DNA of 28,588 nucleotides. Source: Paraspadella gotoi (Eukaryota; Animalia; Chaetognatha). The notes beneath the pieces were generated by a model. It made no database searches. It saw nothing but the letters and a program-made list of their open reading frames with translations, and had not been told where the DNA came from. Location: positions 1,944,391 through 1,972,978 of the forward strand of contig CM119267.1 of NCBI GenBank assembly GCA_051294375.1, given 5' to 3'. The position numbers and the translations under genes are program-made. This document shows, in pieces, positions 9,371 to 19,500 of the stretch (position 1 is its first letter; every line of letters starts with the position of its first letter).

Positions 9371-9824
9371 ATTTTGATTTGGGTATTTCAAACATTGAAA
9401 TTGAAACTTAACGGTTGGCATTAGTATCTTCTCTCTTATAACATAGAATCACTGGGTGAATTTCTATGCTTTCAAATACGGTTAGACATGATTTCATTCC
9501 AATTACGGTATCAGCCTTTATTAAAAAGAAACTAAAAACGATTTTTTTTTTTCATGGTAAGAACTTTTAATGATAAAATTGCTCGTAAGATCTGTCGCGT
9601 TTTTTGATATATACTGTTAGGCAAAAAAAACCGGCACGCTATATTATTTAAACTTTGTTTTGTTTTTCCATGCTTTTCGTGGTTTTCGTTTCTTTCTCGT
9701 ACTTTCGCTCTGCGACTCTCTTTTTTCTCTTTCTATCTGTGTGAAGTATTTTGATTCTTCACTGCCCAAACATAATAAGCGTAAATTTTATTTTAATTCG
9801 TCAGAGTCAGCTCAATCTCTCTCT

Positions 9825-9849
9825 NNNNNNNNNNNNNNNNNNNNNNNNN
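9825..9849. other. Assembly gap (25 N)
   Basis: Run of N. Confidence 0.99.
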
Positions 9850-10355
9850 TTTCTCCTTCGCTTTCGTTTGTACAACGGATTTTTTTTTTGCTTCCGATCA
9901 TCCTCTTTGTCGTCGTCGTCTTCGTCCTCATCGTCGTCGTCGTCGTTCTCATCGTCGTCGTTGTCGTCGTCGTTGGCGGAAGATGAAAAGAAGTTTGAAT
10001 CTTTAAATTCATCTGTTAACAGATTTTCATTTGTAATGGGATTCCATTTTTTTTTCCTGAAAAGAATTTTTTTTTTGGTGCCAAAGCTATTAGTTTTTTT
10101 TTCTTTGTCTTCTTTAATTATTTAAAAAAAAATTCATTGATATTCAACATTAGTGATTTAAATTTGAAATACGTAGATAGGAAATATATGGAGTAAAATT
10201 AGTGTTTGTTGGGCAGAAAAAATATAACAAATAAACGTTTCATTTTTTATTTCGTCTAAAACCAATTTTTTCCCTTCCCTTTTTAAATTGTCATAGAAAT
10301 AGAAATAGAAATAGAAAAGACCTTTCACGGCCCAAAACTAAAAAAAGTCTCATTG

Positions 10356-10357
<2 letters not shown>

Positions 10358-10421
<64 letters not shown>

Positions 10422-11146
10422 CCCAAAAAAGAAAAAAAAAGAAGTATGAAAGGTGATGCCGACTTTTCAAAGGCGAAAAACTTGAAAAAGGCGGAAAACC
10501 GCGAAACTTTATCGCGGTTAAAAAAAAAAAAAATTAAAAAAGAGAATTAAAAAAAAAAGATACTTAAAGTTAAAGATAAAAAAGAAAGATTATTTTAGTA
10601 AAGAGTACCTACAAATTTACAATTCAATTAGAATAGTTTATCTCTTACAACAACCGTAATTTAGTTTTTGTTATAATATGAAAAAACGGTTACATGTTCA
10701 CGAATACAACAGACAGTTGAAGACTAGAAACCGACGACTAATATCGAGTCTCGTCGTCAGTCGAAACAAAAGAGCATCGAGTCAGAATTTCCTGGGCGTC
10801 GATGCTCTTCTGTTTCGCTTTCGATCGGAACAAAAACAAAAGAAACAGGAAACGAGAACGAGACGAACTGAGAGAGAGTGAGAGATATTAAAAAAAAATT
10901 TTTTTCTTCTGTCCGATGATTTTAATTTTTAAATTAACTTGTGTGTGTTAGTCACTGTTTGTTAGTAATTGTGCAGTTATTTAGAGGGTTATTTATTAAA
11001 GATGATTAAAATAAAAATAAATATAGGATTAACATTAAACATTTATCACCTTAATAGCGAAAAGAAACAATTGAGGAAATTTTTGAAGGTTTCGTATGAA
11101 CTGGAATCTTAGACAAAAAAAAGGCAAAAGAGGGTCTGTCTGTCTG

Positions 11147-11178
<32 letters not shown>

Positions 11179-11834
11179 TTCTTTCTTTCTTATTCCTTTT
11201 CTTTTGTTGTTCGTCACGCGTATTGATTTTCTTCTTTAGAGAAAAAAAAAGGAAAAAAAGAAAAAAAAAAGAAGAAAAAAGATAAAGACGCATTAATTAA
11301 AGGAAAATCTCGATATGATGAGGAAAAAAATCGGCTGATCGAGAAAATAATCAATATACGACATAAGAGATAAGAAATAAAGTTGTTATACGCACGTCTT
11401 TTAATTATATCTGAACTTACTCACGTTGACGGGATAATGAGGAGAGAAAAAACAGTCTAAACCATTTTTTATGAGTTGGTGGAATGGCAGAAAGAATATT
11501 CTTGGTTCGCGGTGTCGTCCTTCGAATGGCAAAAGTGTGATCGAAAATTACCGTTCCAACTCAGAGACTTTCCTCTTTTTTTGTTTGTGCTTTCGTTTTA
11601 TATTTCTGGATTTCCTTTCTGGTGTCGTCGTCGTCGTCGTCGTCGTCTTTTAGGTTTGTTTTTATTGTTGTTGTTGTTGTTGTTGTTCCACGATCCAGCC
11701 TTCCAGGTCGTTTCCACACTTTGTGAAACAGAAATAATGAACGAGGAGAAAGAATGATAGAAAAAAAAGAATAAAAAGAGAGAAAGGAAAGAGAGAATTA
11801 AAAAAATAAAGAGAGAAAGAAAGAAAGAAAAGAT

Positions 11835-11873
<39 letters not shown>

Positions 11874-13087
11874 AGAAAGAAAGAGAAGAAAGAAAGAAAA
11901 AGAGAAAGAAACGAAGAAATTATGTACATTTCGATTCCAATGAATTTCAAAATGACTTTTTCAAAAGAAAATTTAGAAAATTCGTGGATTCTAAGCCAAT
12001 AAAAAAAAGAAAAGAAAAAAAGAGAAGAAAATACTTGAAAAGATTAATAGGATTTGCCGAAGGAAAATAATCGAGCGTCGGTCACTCATTCAAATTTCAT
12101 CTAAAACTTAAAAAAAAAGAAAGTTAATCCATCAAGAAAAACCTGGAGACATTGCGAATTTAAAGTAAGCTTCGTGTCCAGAAAACGAATATTGTTTTTA
12201 AGTCATGCAAATTAAATTAAAAAGTAAATAAGTTTGTTGGTTTTTACGGGTTTTTTTTTGTCTTAAGAATCAAAACGGATTTGAGGAAAACTTTGAAATT
12301 TTAACGTTTAACATTTAATCAATGAAAGACTTGAAAACAAATGATAAAATGAGGAGAAAAAAAAGATTTAAAAACAAGAACGGTGATTCAAATGTTGTTG
12401 CGCCGCAGTGACTTTATTTTCACCTTTGATCACATTAGGTTTTTTTATTCCTTATGAATTTATTAATCCCGAAGGCGGCGTTAGCAGTCTCTTAGATTTT
12501 GGATTTTTTTTCTGTCTAAATAAATGAGCAACCAATTATAGGCAAATTATATGCATTTTAACTTAAGTGAACAAGACCGACGGACAGAATACGCGAACCG
12601 ACGCGACCGACAGACCGATGACCAAGAGTTTGCTCCGAGTACTCGCGGCGCAACCTAAAAAACCGATTTTAAAAAAGAAAGAAGAAGAAACAAAAGGGAA
12701 GCGCGAAATTCGTCGAACAAAAGGCGACGATTTCTCGCTTTTTAAGTCGAAACCGATTTTTTAAAAAAAAGATTTGAAAAATGAAAAAAAAAAAAAAAAA
12801 TTTAAAGAGAAACAAATTCCGTCACGAAAAAATTTAAAAAAATATAAAAAATGAAATCTTAAAAAAAAAAGAAAAATAGAAAAAGGGGATTGTAGGAAAT
12901 TTTTGAACTTTTGAAAATGACGATCATTTATCAAAATGTGATGATCTTTTAGTATTAAAACTTTAAAACTTTATGAATCGGAAGCAAAAAATCTATTTTT
13001 TCTGTCATTAAATTTTTTTTTAAATGATAGAGATTTTTTTTTTGTCGATACTTTTTTGTTTCGAGTTCCTTCCCTGGACAATTAGGT

Positions 13088-13128
<41 letters not shown>

Positions 13129-13711
13129 TTTCTTCTTTTCTCCGTAAAGGTGGGAAAATAAACCCGCGAAAATAAAAAAAAGTTACGTTTTTCGCGGTCG
13201 CGTGACGATTTTTCCGTGGCGACACCTCTGGACTTGAGACGAAAATGAAACGGATCATAAAATAGAAAAAGCAAATGAGCACCGATTGAGAAATGAAAAA
13301 CAAGGTCAGTCAGTCGGTCTAGCAATTTTTAAAGCGAAAAAATAGGGGGAAAAAATACCATAATTACAGTTGGCAGATAAAAATAATATTCTTTTGGAAA
13401 TCTAGATAAAAGAGAACCGCTTAATTCAATAGCAGGTTTAATATTGAAACAAAAGTAAATTTAACGCCGCGATGCAATATAAGCTCCAGCATTTGTGCGA
13501 CAGAAGAAACGGTTAGCATCAAATCGAACACCTAACCTGGAAGCAAAGCAACAAATTTCCCACAGGCTCAACAACTGAGCGGCAACTTTAAGGAAGAAAC
13601 AAAATTTTATGAATTCTTTCCGTGTTTTCGAATCGATTCCCACTCTGCCTTTTATCGAGTTACAATACTCTCTCTATCTCTCTCTCTCTCTCTTTCTTTC
13701 TCTCTCTCTCT

Positions 13712-13760
<49 letters not shown>

Positions 13761-14121
13761 TTCTTTCTTTCTTTCTTACGTTCTTTCTTAATCTTTCTTT
13801 CTTTCTTAGTCGTGAGAGAAAAAAGACGGAAGAATCTTGATTTTTTGTGGGGATTTATATTTTTAACTAAAAATCACAAATAAAGAAAAGAAAGAAAGAC
13901 AAGAAAGAAAGAAAGAAAGAAAAGAAAGAAAAAAAGATAGAAGAAGAAAGAAAGAAAGAAAGAAAGAGAAAGTGGACATATATTCCGTGGTTTTGCCAAA
14001 AACGAGTGAAAGAAAAAAAACGTTGAAAGGCGAAGAAAAAGGTTTATTGTGAAGGGAGCTTTAATATGTTTGAGAGGAGGGGAAAAACATCAGTGAAAGA
14101 GAGAGAGAGAGGAAGAGAGAG

Positions 14122-14177
<56 letters not shown>
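10358..14177. repeat. Microsatellite-rich zone: (CT)n 10358-10417, (GAAA)n ~11816-11915, (GTC)n 13088-13127, (CT)n ~13667-13755, (GA)n ~14098-14177
   Basis: Directly visible simple repeats. Confidence 0.9.
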
Positions 14178-14181
<4 letters not shown>

Positions 14182-14810
14182 TCCATAATCGCAAATTTAT
14201 CCCAATCAGTTGTGTAATAGATATTTTTGAATTATTTTAAATTCTTAACGTATACTAATTCGATCGGAGCTTTAAAATCAATAAATCTAAACTAAAAATC
14301 ATACATATTTACGATTAGAGTGAATAATAAACACTTATTTTAACCAGACGAACGGACAGAGAGAACGTACAGATTATAAACAGAATAGAACAGAATATAA
14401 ACTCGAACATCGACTCTGACTTGAAACGCGTAAAAATCGGAGTCAGGAAAGGAAAGAGAAGAGGGGGGGGAAGGTTGAATTTCAAGGGGGGGGGGCGAGA
14501 GAAGTTGTAAAGTCGAGAGAGGAAAGAATTTCCATCGGCGTCGGGACTTTCTCGGTCGGTCAGTCAGTCACGGACTCACGGATGTGAATCGAAGCGAATC
14601 ACGGTCGAGGAAACGGTTGTGAACGAATTCACGGTTGGAAAAATCGCGTCGGGGGAAAAAAAAAGAGTAACAGAGATAAATAAAGTGAATAAATAACGAA
14701 TGAAAAAGAATAGAAAATCGTAAAACTAAAAAATGGTAGAAGAGTTAATTAAAAAAAAAAGATGAAATTTGAGAAGATTCTTCCTTCGAAGACTTGCTTA
14801 GTTATTATCT

Positions 14811-15373
14811 TGTAGTCTTGAACCCCAGATTTCCTGGCCATCATCGATTCTGGCCAGCGGGTGGCCATATTGAATCTTTATTTATTCCATGATTAGAAAC
14901 CTTTCATTATTAATCACAACTTTTACTGTTAGCCTTTTGTTGTAATAGACAAAAGATCAACCTAGTAAACAGTCAGCTGATTCCTCCATTTTAATTCTAT
15001 TTGTTTACTTGAAGCACCTAAAAGGAGATCAATTAATGGAACAAGCTCATTGATCATCTACTATCGTTAATGAATAACTCTTTTATTTATTGTTTAATTA
15101 ATTGATTAATTAATTGTTTTTATTGCATTGTTGTTTGCATATAGATATTACTTATGCTATTTAGCCTATGGAATATCTATATGCTTTGATTATTTTATTA
15201 AGGTTTATTTTATTAACTAACCAAGCAAGTTGGTTATTTTCATTCTAAGTCTCGAACTTTAATTAACGTCAATTGACGCCACTAGCGCAAACGTCAACGC
15301 CACTTCCGCTCAATTCCTGCAGACGATAGATGGCATTGCAGAAACCGTTGTACTTCAATTCACGCCATCTACA
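14811..15373 (+). repeat. 5' LTR (563 bp)
   Basis: TGTAG...CTACA termini (5-bp inverted). Matches 20310-20872 except for 3 substitutions and 2 single-base indels by manual comparison. Confidence 0.97.
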
Positions 15374-15374
15374 T

Positions 15375-15388
15375 TGGTGATCCACGAC
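15375..15388 (+). promoter_or_regulatory. Primer binding site, tRNA-Trp-like
   Basis: TGGTGATCCACGAC one base after the LTR, an imperfect match to TGGTGACCCCGAC (complement of the typical metazoan tRNA-Trp 3' end). Confidence 0.75.
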
Positions 15389-15434
15389 TCTTACTAATCC
15401 AACCTTCTGAACCGGCCCGAGTGACTAATCACCC

Positions 15435-16561
15435 ATGACAGAGCCTCGAGAAACTCGTCAATCCACTCGAATTCGACTCCGTTTGCCAAACAACCTCGGC
15501 GTTCCCAACAGCGCCGGCAGAGGCCGCACCGCTTCCCGTGAGACCTCTCCAGTTACTCCCGGCATCGCGGCAGTTTCAGCGTTTAATTTCTCGCCTTCTC
15601 GAGTCATCAATAATTTCGCCGTCAACAATCTCGCAAATTCTCCTCGCGAAATGGCAGCAGCTGCGCCCGATGAGACGGAGACCCTGCGCACGGCCCTCGC
15701 CGCCGCGCTGAGGGCGCTCGAGAAGAAAAAGAAACCGGAGCTTCCCGCTTTCGATACAAAAAACATCGAGATATGGGTCAAACGGGTGGAAGCGGCCTAT
15801 GTCCGTGCCAATATTCACGACGCGAAAGAAAAATTTGCACATCTCGAATCGAAAATCGGCGTCGAAGTGAATCCTCGCATCAACGCTTTCCTCTATGGAG
15901 ACCAGTCAGAGGCAAGCTGGAGGCAGTTCATCAGTTATCTCCGGAAGGAGTACGGCGTGACTCCCCGTCAGCAAGCGGCGATCCTACTGGACGGTTTCAC
16001 TCGAGACGGCCTACGCCCGTCCCAACAGCTTGCACGTTTGACGGAGAAAACTAAAGATGCCACCATGGACGACGTGAGAAAGGAGACGATCGTCAGGGGC
16101 CTTCCCATAGAGATCCGTCGATCGCGTTTGAGGATAAAGTCGACGATTGGACGGCAGCTCAGCTCGCAGAAGCTGCCGACAAATTTTTCGACCAGGAGGG
16201 ACGACCACTTCTCTCCTCCTCAACGTCTTCGATCAACGCCGCAGTCAGTGACGCCGGCAATGACGCCTCCGACTCCGAGGGCGCCGACGACGCCGAGATC
16301 AACGCTGTCCAGGGTTTCAAGAGGAAACAAGGCCGACCCTCAAATGCAAATTGGCGAAGCAATCCCCGCAGTGGAACCTCAACAGCCCCCAGCGCCTCGT
16401 CGAGCGCACCTTATAGCGCCGCCCGCCCAAACAATGGAAATCTGAAGCAAATTTGCCGTTTTCATTTGAAATTTGGCGATGCAGCATACCGCTGCGAAAA
16501 GGGCTGCTCAAAGAAAAAAGAATTTCAGGCGGGAAACGGCCAAGCGGGACAGCGACGGTGA
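15435..16561 (+). CDS. gag: Gag with CHCC zinc knuckle; one-base frameshift near 16120
   Basis: The first part (KPELPAFDTKNIEIWVKRVEAAY...LRPSQQLARL...GLPIEIRR) continues in the -1 frame from 16121: IAFEDKVDDWTAAQLAEAADKFFD...ICRFHLKFGDAAYRCEKGC (C-x2-H-x9-C-x3-C, 16454-16507), open to TGA at 16559-16561. Confidence 0.9.
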
Positions 16562-16575
16562 ACGCTGTTCCCCGC
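16531..16575 (+). promoter_or_regulatory. Programmed -1 ribosomal frameshift signal (gag-pol)
   Basis: G GGA AAC heptamer (16531-16537) in the gag frame, a 6-nt spacer, then the stem-loop GCGGGACAGCG-acggtgaa-CGCTGTTCCCCGC (16544-16575). Pol is in the -1 frame. Confidence 0.85.
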
Positions 16576-19500
16576 ACCAATTCTAATTCACCCGACGCCA
16601 ATTATCTTCTCCACGTCGTCGACGCTAGCGATGGCCGCCATTGGCTTGTCGACGGCGGCGCTTTACTTTCTCTGATACCACCGACGCCGGAGCAGAAGGC
16701 GGCCGGCCCCACGGGTGCACAACTACAGGCAGCAAATGGAAGCCCTATCGCTTGCTATGGTGTGGCACATAGGCGAATTACTCTCGGTCCTAGGATTTTT
16801 CCATTTGACGTCCTAATAGCGGACGTTACTCAGAACATCCTGGGAGCAGACTTTCTGGCAGAGTATTTCCTAGCCCCCAACCATCGCGACGGTCTCTTGC
16901 TGGATTTGAAGGATTTTTCAACAATCCCCTGCTCAGTCACCCGTGGCTCCCCACCTTCCCACGTAAACTTCGTCAGTCAAGCCGAGGACACTTACTACAA
17001 GCTTCTCGACGGTTTTCCAACTCTCTTGACACCGAGTTTCGAGTTAAAAGAACCCAAGCATGGCGTCCGCCACCACATTCCAACGTATGGGCGGCCATGT
17101 CAAGCCAGAGCGAGACGCCTACCACCGGAGAAGTTGGCCGTCGCGAAAGCTGAGCTAGAGAAAATGGTCTCGCTCGGCATAGCCAAGAGAGCGAAGAGCT
17201 CTTGGTCTTCGCCTATCCTCACTGTGCCCAAAGCCGACGGCGGATGGAGAGTCTGCGGAGACTTTCGCCGGCTCAACGCCAAAACAATGGATGATCGTTA
17301 TCCAGTGAAGCTCCTTACGGATTTCAATGCGGAGTTATCGGGAAAGAAGATTTTCTCGAAGGTGGACCTCCTAAAGGGGTATCACCAAATCCCCGTAGCC
17401 GACGAGGATGTGGCCAAAACAGCGGTGATTACACCTTTTGGACTTTATGTATTCCTCAGAACTCCGTTCGGCCTGAAGAATGCTGGACAAGATTTCCAGC
17501 GAATGATGGACGAGATTCTGGGGGACATACCCCACACTTTCGTCTACTTGGACGATATCTTGGTGGCTAGTGAAGACAAGGAGCAACACCTCCACGACTT
17601 GGAACAGGTCTTCAGCGCCCTTGCTGACAACGGCCTAGTCGTGAATAGACAGAAGTGCGTCCTCGGGAAGGAATCCCTCGAATTTCTGGGTTACCAGGTC
17701 GATGCGACCGGCGTAAAGCCACTCCCGCAGAAAGTGGAGGCAATCAGGGCCACAAACCCTCCAACGACCATCAAAGAACTCCAGCGGTTTCTTGGGATGG
17801 TTAACTACTATCGTCGTTTCCTCCCAAATGCCGCCCATCACGCCTCTGCCCTCTACGATGCCTTGAAGGGTAAGCCAAAGCAGCTAATCTGGACCCCAAG
17901 ATGCGCCACGGCTTTTGATGCCGTCAAGGACGCCCTCGCCAATGCTGCGTTACTCAGACACCCAAGAACCAACGCCCAGCTCGCAGTCACTACCGACGCC
18001 TCAGACTACGCAGTTGGCGCTGTGCTGGAGCAGCGAACGGACCAGGGGTGGGAGCCTCTGGCATTTTTTTCGGCCAAGCTGGACGAGGCCCAACGCCGTT
18101 GGCCTCCCTTCGATAGGGAGTTGTTTGGGGCCTTCCGCGCGGTTAGGCATTTTAAACACTGGATCGAGGGGAGAGCGTTTACGTTGTACACCGACCATCA
18201 ATCCCTCATCCACGCCCTCCACAAACGTGCGGAGCCGCAGACGACGCGGCATAATTTCCAGTTGTCGGTCATTTCTGAGTTTACGACGGACATCCGCCAC
18301 GTTCGCGGCAAAGCCAACGTGGTGGCAGATGCACTATCGAGGCCAAACCCGCCACCAATCGTAGCACCAGCAGATAGACCGACAAACCCTCCAATCTCCT
18401 TAGTCGACCGCCCGGTAACTCCAGAAAAAACCGAAGACTTACAAGCAACAATCAACGCCATAGGTCAGGAAGGAATAGACCTGGAGGAAATGGCGCGGCA
18501 TCAGGCCATCGACAAGGATTTCCAGGCCATCTCAAAGGACGCCCGATCAGGACTCAGCTTCCGCAAAGTCACGGTCGGCAATCAGAAACTCCTAGTGGAC
18601 GTCTCTAACGGCCCTGCAAGGCCCTTCGTTCCCCAAGCATGGCGCAGGAAGGTGTTTGACGCTGTCCACGGTCTTGGCCATCCTGGCGTCGCGCGGACAA
18701 GAGAGACATTAACGTCGAAATTCGTTTGGCCGTCAATCAAAGCTGACGCCAGCCGCTGGGCAAGGGAATGCATCCCTTGCCAGCAGGCGAAGGTCACTAG
18801 ACACATTGTTCCAAATATTGGCGAATTTAAGGTGCCACAACGTCGATTCGACCACATCAACGTCGACATAACAATAATGCCGGCGTCGAATGGCTATGGC
18901 TACCTCCTCACAGTGGTTGATCGATTCACCCGCTGGCCCGCAGCCCTTCCTATGAAGGACATGAAGACAGACACAGTCGTCGATACCTTGGTCCATGGGT
19001 GGATTGCCCACTTCGGAGTTCCATCCGACATCACCACCGACAGGGGAGCCCAGTTCGTCTCATCAATCTGGACACAACTCACTAAAACCTGGGGTATACG
19101 TCACCACCTCACAGCGGCATACCATCCGCAAGCGAACGGCCTGGTGGAGCGATTCCACCGAAGGCTAAAAGAAGCGCTTATCGCCCTGGGCAACGAGCAA
19201 CCGCATCAGTGGTACTGGAGACTGCCGTCCGCGCTCCTCGCAATCCGAACCACCGTCAAGGCCGACCTCGGCGCCTCACCGGCCGATTTGGTTTTCGGCG
19301 AAGGCCTCGCCGTCCCCGGCGAAATCCCAGGTCAGCCAATCGACGACGACGAACTTCAAAATCAACGCCGTCGCCTTCGAGACAATCTCAGAGTTGAAGT
19401 TGAACGCCTCCAGCCTGTAGAAACTTCCACTCATCGACTCCCGAACGTCCACCTCCCTGATTCCCTCGTTGACGCCACCCACGTTTTCATACAGCGCTCT

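Noticed and set aside
1-9438. Assignment to Polinton/Maverick, Helitron or parvovirus
   Set aside because: No pPolB, integrase, ATPase, capsid, Rep/helicase or NS1 motifs are recognisable in the window.
9660-13840. Many 60-124 aa ORFs (poly-V, S, T, LS, R, D)
   Set aside because: They derive from GTC, CT and GAAA microsatellites.
16122-16445. C-terminal third of the 336-aa ORF
   Set aside because: It is out-of-frame read-through; the alternative frame carries the conserved Gag motifs.
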